Positions 34,729-44,437 of a DNA stretch of 64,000 bases are shown here, piece by piece. Below the pieces are notes generated by a model, which saw only the letters and a program-made list of their open reading frames with translations, was not told where the DNA came from and ran no database searches. The DNA comes from a virus: IMG/VR virus record IMGVR_UViG_3300009788_000088; one strand, written 5' to 3'. Every line of letters starts with the position of its first letter. The stretch's first letter is position 1. A program made the translations under genes and the position numbers.

Positions 34729-36591
34729 ATGCCCAACATTATTTCACCCGGAGTATATATTTCGGAAGAAGACCTGTCGGCCGTAACCCCGGCGGTTCCG
34801 GCTTCCGTAGGTGCGTTTGCGGGACTCTTCGCCAAGGGACCAGTGTTCACTCCAGTTCTAGTCACTAATGAACTGGAATTTGTTGATATTTTTGGAACTC
34901 CAAGCAATGCGAATTATGATCATTTTTATACTGTTTGGAATTTTCTTCAGTATGCGGGAGCGATTTACGTGGTCAGGTGTGTTGACCCGGATACCGCTTT
35001 GAACGCTGGGATGGCTGTCCAATCTGACAGTGTTTCTGTAGTCCTTTTGGTTGATGATGCTTCCGTTCATGATGTAGGGGATACCCTTACCGGAAGTGAT
35101 TCAGGAGCCACAGGAACTATTGATGTGATTGACGGGAACTACATTGATGTAACCATCCTGACACTGGCATTTGAAGACGGCGAAACTGTTACGGATGATA
35201 ATGGAGCGGATACTTCTATTATCCAAACAATCCTTATGGCGAATACCCAGCATTCGGCGTATATCGAAGACCTTGATAGTTATGATGATGCTGAAGTGGT
35301 TGGTGATGTGCTTCATATCTATTCCAAATATCCCGGCATTGAAGGCAACGATTACAAAGTTGCCATCGCAGGGCCAACCAACCTGTCAGAAGCAATTGTT
35401 CTGGGTGGAACCCAGACATTTGCGGATGTTTTAGAAGAGATACCATCAGCGGCTAAAAACGAATACGCTGTACTCGTTTTAACATCAACTGATGACATTG
35501 TTGAAAAATTGGTTGTGTCGTTGACCCCACAGAATACCAATGACAGGGGAGATGTAAATTACATTGACGCCTATCTTCGCAATAATTCCAGATACCTCAC
35601 CGGATACAAGAATGCCAATGTCGATTTTGTAGAAGACGTGTTGGTACAATCTGTTGCAATGGCTGGCGGAGATGATGGGGTTGCTGGCATCGCTGATGGT
35701 GATTATATGAAGGGGTACGATTTATTTGCTAATACAGAGCAAATCGATGTAACCTTTACTATCGCCGGTCCCCATACATCAGATACGATGCATGATTACA
35801 TCACTCAAAGTGTAGTTGAAATTGGTAAGTTGTCCGTAGCCTTCCTTGACTGTCCGAAATCGGATGTTGTTGGAACAGCGCTAATAGACAGCGCCAGACT
35901 CACTGCTCTGAAAACTACTTATGATGATCTTGACAGCAAGTATGCCTTCCCTCTGACCAACTGGAAGAATCAGTACGATAAGTGGAATCAGGAATATCGT
36001 TGGATTCCGTTGGGCGGGGACATTGCTGGCCTCTGGGCACAGAGTGCTGTTGAGAAAGAGCCGTGGTTCGCAGTTGGAGCCTTCGATGCTCAAATTAAAA
36101 ACGTTAACAAACTGGCATGGAATCCAGCACAAGCATACAGGGATCAACTGGCTGTTGCAAGGCTGAACGCCATCACAACATTTGCTGGACAAGGAACGGT
36201 TATCTTCAGTCAGAGAATCTTGACTGGTACAGCTTCAGCGCTGAACAGGATGAACGTGCGTATGCTTCTTATCTACATTGAGAAAGCCCTATCCAAATCA
36301 CTTCCAGCGTTCTTGTTCAAACCGAATGATAGTTTCTTGAGAAGTCAGATTTCTGCTCTTGTTATCTCCTTTATGAACGATATTGAAGGTCGTAGAGGGG
36401 TCAATGACCCAGAGGGTGGAGAAGCTTTCCGTGTGGTATGTGATACCACAAACAACACTCAAGAAGTTATCGACAACCAGCAAGTTCGTGTAGACCTTCT
36501 TCTGAAGCCCACACAGGCGGCGGAATCAATTCTGCTTAACGTTGCGGTTACCAGAAGTGGTGCCAGCTTCGATGAAATTGTAGGCCGTTAA
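34729..36591 (+). CDS. 18: tail sheath gp18
   Basis: SPGVYxxExD, GxFxKGP, RMNVRxL, VVCDxTNNT. Confidence 0.95.
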   Translation: MPNIISPGVYISEEDLSAVTPAVPASVGAFAGLFAKGPVFTPVLVTNELEFVDIFGTPSNANYDHFYTVWNFLQYAGAIYVVRCVDPDTALNAGMAVQSDSVSVVLLVDDASVHDVGDTLTGSDSGATGTIDVIDGNYIDVTILTLAFEDGETVTDDNGADTSIIQTILMANTQHSAYIEDLDSYDDAEVVGDVLHIYSKYPGIEGNDYKVAIAGPTNLSEAIVLGGTQTFADVLEEIPSAAKNEYAVLVLTSTDDIVEKLVVSLTPQNTNDRGDVNYIDAYLRNNSRYLTGYKNANVDFVEDVLVQSVAMAGGDDGVAGIADGDYMKGYDLFANTEQIDVTFTIAGPHTSDTMHDYITQSVVEIGKLSVAFLDCPKSDVVGTALIDSARLTALKTTYDDLDSKYAFPLTNWKNQYDKWNQEYRWIPLGGDIAGLWAQSAVEKEPWFAVGAFDAQIKNVNKLAWNPAQAYRDQLAVARLNAITTFAGQGTVIFSQRILTGTASALNRMNVRMLLIYIEKALSKSLPAFLFKPNDSFLRSQISALVISFMNDIEGRRGVNDPEGGEAFRVVCDTTNNTQEVIDNQQVRVDLLLKPTQAAESILLNVAVTRSGASFDEIVGR

Positions 36592-36607
36592 TTAAAGGAG
36601 AAAGATA

Positions 36608-37144
36608 ATGGCAAGTAAAAACTCAATTGAAAGGTTCAAGGCCCAGTTTGGGCCGGGGGCACGTCAGAACCTCTTCGAAGTCATTTTCCAGCTTCCTCCG
36701 GGGCTATCAGTTCCGGGTGATGCGGCCACGGGTGAAACACTGAGCTTTATGGTGAAGTCTGCGTCTATCCCGAATATGAACATTGCTCCCATTGATGCGG
36801 TTTACCATAGGGGGATGAAAATTCGTCTATCCGGAGACCCCACTTTTGCGGAGTGGCCATGTGGGTTCTGGCTTGACAAGAAGTTCGGTGCATATAAGAC
36901 GATGCTTTCATGGATGCACCTTGTTCGTGATCCCGTAACCAACGTTGCTTCAGAGCCACAGCTTTACAAAGGTGGAGCCGAAGTCCATCAACTGGATGAG
37001 GCTGGAGAAGTTCTTTATAGTGTTCAACTGAATGGCCTCTGGCCGACAGATATCAGCGAAGTCGCTTATGATACTTCAGCGGAAAGCACTATCGAAGAGT
37101 TCAACGTGACTTACGCATATGATTACTTCTTCCCGCTAGACTAA
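36608..37144 (+). CDS. 19: tail tube gp19
   Basis: GARxNLF, GDxTF, WPTDIS, IEEFxVT. Confidence 0.93.
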   Translation: MASKNSIERFKAQFGPGARQNLFEVIFQLPPGLSVPGDAATGETLSFMVKSASIPNMNIAPIDAVYHRGMKIRLSGDPTFAEWPCGFWLDKKFGAYKTMLSWMHLVRDPVTNVASEPQLYKGGAEVHQLDEAGEVLYSVQLNGLWPTDISEVAYDTSAESTIEEFNVTYAYDYFFPLD

Positions 37145-37157
37145 GAGGTGAGGCCAT

Positions 37158-37865
37158 ATGGCGTTTAATCTCTTAGAATTGGCCCGATTCTCAGTTCTTG
37201 TGCCCGTGGACCTAGCCCGATTTGGGCTGACACGGGCACATCATTTTTCATTTCATATTGACGTGTCCCCAAGCGTGTTAAAAATGGGGTCCACAAATTT
37301 CGAATATCTAATGAAACGTCATATGGATGAACTGAGATGGAAGGCTTTACAGTCCTCTGCCATGCATTTGGTACAGGGGGTCTACTGTAAAGGTGTGTCT
37401 GTTCCATCCATTAATTTAGAGACAGAAAAGCAAAGGATTAATAGCCGTATCCGCACGGTTGCTATGATGAAGAGTTATGATACCCTGAATGTGGATTTCT
37501 TCCATGATAGGGATGGGGCTCTCCGTCGTTTTATGTATTGGTGGATGTTCGCTATTGATCAGAATGATTCTAATCCTTACCGACTGTTCCCGAATGAATA
37601 TAAATCTACAATGCGGATTGTTATTTATAATGATTATCAACAACCAGCGGTAGAGATCATTTTTGAGGGATGCTTTCCTTCAGTTTTGGGTGATCTTCCA
37701 TTGGCCCATGCTAGTGAGAATGAATTTGCGTCCTTCCAAACAACTTTCGATTATGACCGTTATGTCTATAAAGAGCACGGTATGGTAACACCCGGAGGAT
37801 TATCAGCACTTCTCCGGACTGCCATTCCACCCCCCTCATCATTAACCGCTCTCCTTAAAAAGTAA
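37158..37865 (+). CDS. 54: baseplate-tail tube initiator gp54-like
   Basis: Tube-like fold, CxxVSVP, FP...L...F/Y; synteny. Confidence 0.7.
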   Translation: MAFNLLELARFSVLVPVDLARFGLTRAHHFSFHIDVSPSVLKMGSTNFEYLMKRHMDELRWKALQSSAMHLVQGVYCKGVSVPSINLETEKQRINSRIRTVAMMKSYDTLNVDFFHDRDGALRRFMYWWMFAIDQNDSNPYRLFPNEYKSTMRIVIYNDYQQPAVEIIFEGCFPSVLGDLPLAHASENEFASFQTTFDYDRYVYKEHGMVTPGGLSALLRTAIPPPSSLTALLKK

Positions 37866-37870
37866 AACAT

Positions 37871-37894
37871 ACCTCCCGAAATTGGGGGGTTTTG
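37871..37894 (+). terminator. intrinsic terminator
   Basis: ACCTCCC/GGGGGGT stem plus T run. Confidence 0.55.
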
Positions 37895-37896
37895 TT

Positions 37897-37904
37897 TATA
37901 AATA
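37897..37904 (+). promoter_or_regulatory. late promoter TATAAATACTTAAAA
   Basis: Consensus. Confidence 0.85.
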
Positions 37905-37929
37905 CTTAAAAAACAAGGAGTAGTGAGTT

Positions 37930-38223
37930 ATGTTTTCTAAAATTGATTTAACCAAGATACCTAGAATATTAATCGCCAAGTATGTGGGTGCTACGCTTGC
38001 TCATGGATTTGGTATAGGTACGTTTTGCCTCTTTGGGTTTATGGGCTTCGGGAATATGTGGGGGTATCTTACTTCGGGAGAAAATTTTATTGAACTTAGT
38101 TTTAATGAAGCGATTACTGCTTTAGTCGTTTTGGTCTGTTGTATGTTTATTATTGTTTGTACTGGGAGTATAGTGGATGATCTATGGGTTAAAATTGTTG
38201 AAGCGAATAAAAAGGAGGGTTAA
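37930..38223 (+). CDS. two-TM late membrane protein (holin candidate)
   Basis: Two hydrophobic segments, charged C-terminus, late promoter. Confidence 0.45.
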   Translation: MFSKIDLTKIPRILIAKYVGATLAHGFGIGTFCLFGFMGFGNMWGYLTSGENFIELSFNEAITALVVLVCCMFIIVCTGSIVDDLWVKIVEANKKEG

Positions 38224-38225
38224 TC

Positions 38226-38927
38226 ATGTCTTTACCAAAACATGATGTGAATTTTTTTGAAGAGAGTTTATTATCAAATCCTGATAAAATTGTCAGGTAT
38301 CGCCCGTATACTACGAAGGAGGAAAAAGAATTCCTTCTAGCCGTGGAGACGGAAGAAGAAGATAAGATCATGAGTGCTGTAGAAAGTATTGTCCGTAATT
38401 GTGTTCAGGACGTGGATGTGGATAATGAGATGACTCCCGTGGATACGAACTATCTTCTTATTCGTATTCGTCAAAAAGGTAAAGGGGATATTATAGCTTT
38501 CGCATGGAAATGCGAAGAGTGTCAGGGGATCAATCGAGACACGCTGGACACGAACGAAGAATTGGAATTCAGGATAGCGGACCCTGACCCTATCCAATTG
38601 GATGATTGGACCGTTAATTTGAAATGGCCGACCAATGGTTTGGTCAGCAAACTCAAAGGGATTTCAGAGATAGAACGTAATTACAAAGTGCTTGCTTACT
38701 CCATCAAGAACATCGTGGAGGGGGAAACTGTCAGTGATGAGTTTACCCCGGATGAAATTCAAGAGTGGGTAGAGAATCTTCCACCGAAGCTTTTTGAGAA
38801 GTATACTAAAGAGTATGGTCAGAAGTCTCCACGTATTATTGTAAATAAGATAGTGAAGTGTGGACACTGTGAAGCCAAGGAAAGAGACCTTGCGCTGGAG
38901 GAAGCGGCCGCTTTTTTTCTCTCCTAG
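38226..38927 (+). CDS. 26: baseplate hub assembly protein gp26-like
   Basis: MSLPK, YRPYxxKEEK, IRxKxxG, two CxxC, ends FFLS. Confidence 0.85.
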   Translation: MSLPKHDVNFFEESLLSNPDKIVRYRPYTTKEEKEFLLAVETEEEDKIMSAVESIVRNCVQDVDVDNEMTPVDTNYLLIRIRQKGKGDIIAFAWKCEECQGINRDTLDTNEELEFRIADPDPIQLDDWTVNLKWPTNGLVSKLKGISEIERNYKVLAYSIKNIVEGETVSDEFTPDEIQEWVENLPPKLFEKYTKEYGQKSPRIIVNKIVKCGHCEAKERDLALEEAAAFFLS

Positions 38928-39112
38928 CCTTTAGTGGTGATATTACATTAAAGGCGCTGTATGAAATCATACACACTCTCCAATTCTGGGCAGGACTTCA
39001 GCTTGGTGATATCATGGAGATGTATCCATTTGAACGAGAGATTTATCTGAACCTCTATATTAAGTCTGAAAAGGAACGCCAGAAGGCATTAGAAGAAGGA
39101 GCTAAAAAATAA
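38912..39112 (+). CDS. 51: gp51-like segment in the -1 frame, likely reached by frameshift
   Basis: ...LYEIIHTLQ...MYPFEREIYL...; no upstream start; T7 slippery run. Confidence 0.7.
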   Translation, partial: FFSLLAFSGDITLKALYEIIHTLQFWAGLQLGDIMEMYPFEREIYLNLYIKSEKERQKALEEGAKK

Positions 39113-40686
39113 TGGCAAGAGCAGATGACACCGCCAGAGCGAATATGGCAAAAGAAGCCGTGGCCGCCTTTAAGCCTGTTGCTGAAGAGATGAGCAATGC
39201 TATCAAACAGTCTGTGGGTGATATGAGCAATGCTGTGAGAAATTCTTTTGGTGTTGTGGCGGAAACTTCTAAAGAAGAACTGGGTTTGGTCCATGATTTT
39301 GCGGCCGCTAAAATTAAATCTCTTGCCAATTTGTTCACCGGGCCATTGGCAGAGTCCGTTAAAGCTGTGTTGGGTTTGGGTGCTGAGAAAGATGAGGGGA
39401 ACGAGGCGGATCAACAGACAGCCATGGCTACCAAAGAAACGGTAGAAGAAGTCAAGAAGGCCCACGTTGAACGTAAGAAACAAACGCCTGTCTTTACCCG
39501 TATCTGGGAAGAAATGCGAATGATGCGTAGATTTTTCGTAGATGACTTTCAAGATACACAGGAAGCAATCAAGGAAGCTGTTCAGGCTTCTTCAGATTCC
39601 TTAGAAGCCGCTATATCAGGTGCCGGGGGTGAAGAGCCGGGTAAGAAGAAAAATCCTCTCCTAGAAGCTCTGGGGGGTATATTGGGTGGAATGTTCGGTC
39701 CCATCACTATTCTTCTATTGGCGGCTGGAGCATTTGCGCTTGCTATGGCTTCAGAGTTTGTAATTGAGGTAAAGAAAAATCTAAAAATACTTTTTGGTTG
39801 GGTACTAAAACCCTTCGCTAAGATACTTGTCTTTATTAAGGAATCCAAATTTGGACAGATGATATTGAAAGTGTTCAAACCAGTTACCCGATACTTCGAT
39901 GATATATGGAAACTTCTATCAAGGGTTGGGGGTCTTATCGCCAAGAACCCGGTAGTTGCCCGGATGTTGAAATTGGGTGGCGGCCTTGGAAAATTCCTTG
40001 GAAAGATATTTTTACCTATTACTATTCTTATGACAGCATGGGACGCTATCTCAGGATTTATGGCGGCTGAGGGAATTTTTGGTGAAGGGGCTGGACTTAT
40101 TCAGAAGATGGAAGCGGCTATTGGTGGTATTATTTCAGGACTCACTTTTGGTTTGTTGGATGGTGAAACTGTTGCCAAGCTTATTGAAAATACCAGACAA
40201 AAGTTTATAGCTGGGTGGAATAACGTTCTTGATACTATCAAAGAGTTTTGGTCATTCATTACAGACGGAGAACTCCTAAAGACCATGAAAGATTTCATGA
40301 AAACGGTGTGGCACGATTACATCATGGAACCGGTTAAACAATTTTTCATCACCATCAAGGATGCTCTGGCCAGCGTACTGTTGTGGGTAGGGGAAAAACT
40401 GGATTTTGTTCCGGGTATTGGTGCGAGTATCAAAGATTTTGCTTCCGCTATGAAAGCTGATGTTACGGCGGCCCGTGGGGTTATGGCTGAAGAAGCTCAG
40501 GCTATAAAGATTGCACGGGGAGCCCAAGCAACCGGGGCACAGACAGAAATGCTGGCGGGGCCGGGACTTTTTGCTCCAGTGAGTACACCACCTATTAATG
40601 TGCTTCAACAAAACGCATCTGCTCCCACATTCATGACGCAGGGATTTAATAGTCAAGACGAAATGTGGTCATCTCTTGGACCGTAA
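39112..40686 (+). CDS. tape measure / hub protein (gp29-like)
   Basis: Helical Ala/Gly-rich, hydrophobic core, periodic Trp/Phe; synteny. Confidence 0.7.
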   Translation: MARADDTARANMAKEAVAAFKPVAEEMSNAIKQSVGDMSNAVRNSFGVVAETSKEELGLVHDFAAAKIKSLANLFTGPLAESVKAVLGLGAEKDEGNEADQQTAMATKETVEEVKKAHVERKKQTPVFTRIWEEMRMMRRFFVDDFQDTQEAIKEAVQASSDSLEAAISGAGGEEPGKKKNPLLEALGGILGGMFGPITILLLAAGAFALAMASEFVIEVKKNLKILFGWVLKPFAKILVFIKESKFGQMILKVFKPVTRYFDDIWKLLSRVGGLIAKNPVVARMLKLGGGLGKFLGKIFLPITILMTAWDAISGFMAAEGIFGEGAGLIQKMEAAIGGIISGLTFGLLDGETVAKLIENTRQKFIAGWNNVLDTIKEFWSFITDGELLKTMKDFMKTVWHDYIMEPVKQFFITIKDALASVLLWVGEKLDFVPGIGASIKDFASAMKADVTAARGVMAEEAQAIKIARGAQATGAQTEMLAGPGLFAPVSTPPINVLQQNASAPTFMTQGFNSQDEMWSSLGP

Positions 40687-40696
40687 GGAGTAACAA

Positions 40697-41614
40697 ATGC
40701 CACAGATAGATAAATCCCAATCAGCCCCAAAATCAGCTTCCCCGGATAATTTTGGTAGTCTGGAATACCCTAAAAATGTTTATGAACATGGGTCTACTCT
40801 TACATTAATCCCTACAGTTCGACACGTGGAATTTAACAAAGAAAAGTTGAATGATTCTAAAATACAAACCACGTCCAAAGGAGCTATACATTTACCAATT
40901 CCCCCGGCTCTCAGTGAAACCATTAACAACGAGTGGGAGTCAGCACTAAACACCAACAGTATAGCTGAATTGATTGTGGCTCAGGTTGGTGTAAAGTTAT
41001 CAGACGCTCTGGGTATGTTTGGACGTAGGGCTCAAGTAAACTCCGGGATATCTAATGTCAACGCTGATATTGTTCAATTATATAAGGGATCACAACCCAG
41101 AGAATTTCAATTCCAATGGACTCTTTTACCAGAATCTCAAGAAGAAGCTCTTGAAATTCGGAAAATAATTAAGGCACTGAAATATTATTGTTCACCATCT
41201 TTAGCGGAAGGCACCAAAATTGTTAAAACTATAGCGGCGTTAGCGGATTCTGTTACTCATCTTAAAAGAGTGGTTAAAGATGGTGTTCAGAGATTTCCCG
41301 GTCCCGGTGGAGAGGAAGTAGAGGGAGGGAAAGAACCTACTCCAATAATTCGTAACGAAAATATTAATCTATCCTTTTTATCATATCCCGCAACTTGGGA
41401 TATCCAAATTGAATATCAATCTCCATCTGGGGGCAAGGTTAAAATTTTTGAAATTCTGCAATGTGTTAACACTGCCTTGACTATCACTTACAATGAGGGA
41501 GATTCTTTTAATTTCTATCGGGATGGAACTCCTATAAAAATTAGTATTGATTCAACTTGGAGAGAGACTCGAATTTTTACCACGGATAAGCTGGAAAGTT
41601 CAGCCCTGTATTAA
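40697..41614 (+). CDS. 48: baseplate tail tube cap gp48
   Basis: LPIP, REFxFxWxLxPxSxxEA, DGTP. Confidence 0.85.
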   Translation: MPQIDKSQSAPKSASPDNFGSLEYPKNVYEHGSTLTLIPTVRHVEFNKEKLNDSKIQTTSKGAIHLPIPPALSETINNEWESALNTNSIAELIVAQVGVKLSDALGMFGRRAQVNSGISNVNADIVQLYKGSQPREFQFQWTLLPESQEEALEIRKIIKALKYYCSPSLAEGTKIVKTIAALADSVTHLKRVVKDGVQRFPGPGGEEVEGGKEPTPIIRNENINLSFLSYPATWDIQIEYQSPSGGKVKIFEILQCVNTALTITYNEGDSFNFYRDGTPIKISIDSTWRETRIFTTDKLESSALY

Positions 41615-41623
41615 GGAGAAATT

Positions 41624-42055
41624 ATGGCTATTGATTATTTTCAGCTATTCCCAGATATAGAAATTGATGGGGTTACTTACAAAAATCTCTTTAATAAATA
41701 TCAAGTGAACAGGCGTTACGTTCAAGACGTGACATTTTATTATGAGTACACGGTACAGGATGGAGATAGGTCCGACATCCTTGCATATCAGTTTTTCGGA
41801 AATGCTAAGTGGTGGTGGTTGATTCTTTTGTTTAATGATATTAATGATCCGTTTTTTGGTTTTCCTATGACAGAGGAAGAGCTTAAAGATACCCTTACCC
41901 TTGTAATAGCAGAAAATCCCACTGCTGACCCAGTAGAAGTTGAAGCGGCTATAAGGGAAGAGAATGAATTAAAGAGGACTATTAAAGTTCCCCGTGCTGA
42001 GTTTGTGTATGAGATTATTGCATCTATTAAGAAAGACTTAGGTATCACTATATAA
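41624..42055 (+). CDS. 53: baseplate wedge gp53
   Basis: YF..FP, DGDRxDxLA, WWLILLxNxIxDP, NExKRxIK. Confidence 0.9.
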   Translation: MAIDYFQLFPDIEIDGVTYKNLFNKYQVNRRYVQDVTFYYEYTVQDGDRSDILAYQFFGNAKWWWLILLFNDINDPFFGFPMTEEELKDTLTLVIAENPTADPVEVEAAIREENELKRTIKVPRAEFVYEIIASIKKDLGITI

Positions 42056-43278
42056 TGTCATTCGAATCAACTAATATAATCATCGAAGAGTTCAAGATTC
42101 TCAAGGACGATAAGGAAATTTTCTTGACTCCAGAAGAAGTTCTTGCTTTCGAAATATTTGAATCTATTACAGCCCCGTTTATTACTGGTCGGATAATCAT
42201 CACCCACCGTAAGGGTATTGAGGAATTGCTTCCTATTACCGGGGATGAGATTATTATTTTAAGGTTCCAGAGCCGGGGAAGAGAAGATAATCCAGACCCG
42301 ATTAATGATTTACGTCTCCGGGTATTTGCTGGGAGAGAAGAGACCATAGGGTCTGATAGACAGAATTACCAGAGAACGTTTAAGCTGTTTGTGGCTGATG
42401 AGCAATTTGTTAACTCAATTAACAAAGAGTACAGCCGAAGTTTCAAAGAACAATCTGTATCAAAAATAGTACAACATATTGCTGAGAAGATGATAGGTGT
42501 AACTATGTCTCATGTAGAAGAGACAAAGTATGACACCAATTACATCATGTCATACGTGACCCCTCATCAGGCTATCATGGATTTATCATTCTCAGCATCT
42601 TCAATCAGTCATGATGATGGAGGGTATGTATTTTTCCAGAATACAGAAGAAGGGTATAAATTTCAATCCCTATCATCATTATTTCAACAGAAACCAACTA
42701 TGCGATTGGTTCCCAATGCTCAAAACCCCCTATACGAAGGGAACGTTCAGCGTTGGGAACGTCTTATAGATTTTGACATACTGAGAGCTATTAGAGAACG
42801 AACCATTGGGTTTACTATGGTGGGCTGGAACAAGTTTACTAAAGCGATTGTCACGGAGAAAATATCATTTGATGAGTTCTTCGAACGAACGGTGACACTG
42901 GGAGCGGTGGCCCCGCTCTCCCCGGAGAGGATAAATACTCAAGCGGTTATGCTCAGGCAAGGCGGGGATGATAAATGGTTCCACGTTGCTGGCCGGGACC
43001 GGATGAAGAAGAGCATGATTAAACAGAGTCGTTTGAAAATTAGTATGCAAGGTACGTCGAAATTATCAGCCGGACAGGTGGTTGATTTTTATATAGATTC
43101 TCAAGATAGTTCAGAAATGGAAAACCAGAAACTTACTGGGAAATATTTGATCGAGTCTATAAACCACATCTGGAGTGATATTCAATATCTACAGGTGATG
43201 ACCATTATTAGAGACTCTTATTTTACTTTATCGAAAGGTAATTTAATACGTACTTCTAAAAATGTGGGCGTGGGATAA
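42055..43278 (+). CDS. 27: baseplate hub gp27-like
   Basis: IFES...G...LPIxGxE, FFQN, GKYLI..IxH; synteny. Confidence 0.7.
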   Translation: MSFESTNIIIEEFKILKDDKEIFLTPEEVLAFEIFESITAPFITGRIIITHRKGIEELLPITGDEIIILRFQSRGREDNPDPINDLRLRVFAGREETIGSDRQNYQRTFKLFVADEQFVNSINKEYSRSFKEQSVSKIVQHIAEKMIGVTMSHVEETKYDTNYIMSYVTPHQAIMDLSFSASSISHDDGGYVFFQNTEEGYKFQSLSSLFQQKPTMRLVPNAQNPLYEGNVQRWERLIDFDILRAIRERTIGFTMVGWNKFTKAIVTEKISFDEFFERTVTLGAVAPLSPERINTQAVMLRQGGDDKWFHVAGRDRMKKSMIKQSRLKISMQGTSKLSAGQVVDFYIDSQDSSEMENQKLTGKYLIESINHIWSDIQYLQVMTIIRDSYFTLSKGNLIRTSKNVGVG

Positions 43279-43316
43279 TAAATACTTAAAACCAAAGACT
43301 TAATAAGGAGATTAAC

Positions 43317-44428
43317 ATGTCTGCTATCATTGAAAACACCGCAAGGGTGGAAAAGGCGGAAGTTTTTGTAGAAGATACCATCAAAGATGTCGCCAACCAC
43401 AGTGTCTATATGGCCTTGTCCCGTGTGCTTGCATGGGGTGGAGAGCCAACCCCCGATGTTCCGGATGGTGGTCGGGATGAAGAGTGGGGATTCTTCATCA
43501 GACATTTGCTATGAAAAAAATTGTTGCGGCAAATGTCAAATATTTGGTCGATGATCCGACAGCATATGACACTGGGGAAGTGGATTCGTATGTGTGGTTG
43601 ACTGTTCCTGATGCATCCGCATACGATGATGCTGAAACGGTCACCGGAACGGGAGGAGCGTCCGGGACTGTCAAATGGAGACTTTCTGGTGGGTCTATGA
43701 TTGGAAAGACCAATGAATTGGTTGTACTACCGATCTCTGGAACGTTCCTTCTTGGGGATACCATCACGGGTGGCACATCTCTGGAGGCTCAGCCTTTGGT
43801 TCTGGACCCAGTGACACGGACATTATTCCGGACAACGTATTGGAAGGATATTAATTATAATCATCTGCACCTTGTGTTTGGTCCATCAAACCCAGCCTTG
43901 ACCAACGACTTGACGGAAATAGCAATAGGTGATACAATTGAAGATTCTGTTGATTCCGGCATTACTGGGCGGGTTATTTGGAAAGAGCAATATGAAATCG
44001 TCGGGGCGGATGATACCACCCGGTATTTCTTCCTAACGGTAGTCCCCCTGACAGGTGACTGGACTACAGCCGCCAGTGTCATTGAATCTTCAGTGGGGGT
44101 TACACCATACCCCATTAAGTATCAGCGGTCAAGAATATACGCTGATGAGGCCAATTTCGTTTACATGACTGCCACGTTCGGCATTACCTTTCCAATAGGA
44201 TTGAGCTTCCGCCAAGTAGGGATTCTACAAGACCCGACTGAATCTGGAGGTGGTCTTGCAACAGATTCTGAATACTCAGACCCCGGACCAACCAGCCATG
44301 GTCAGAACAACTGGTATCTGGAAACGGGGTTTGATGAATCCGGAAAGTTGGTGTATTTGGACAACAGAACTCCGGTCACACGGGTGGCTGACCAGAGCGA
44401 AATCATTTCCGCAATCATCGAATTCTAG
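43317..44428 (+). CDS. 8: baseplate wedge gp8-like, split by a frameshift near 43486
   Basis: ORF 43317-43514 gives the N-terminus; -1 frame continues AMKKI...FRQVGILQDP...SGxLVYLDNRxPxTRxxDQxE..IEF. Confidence 0.75.
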
Positions 44429-44437
44429 GAGTAAGAA

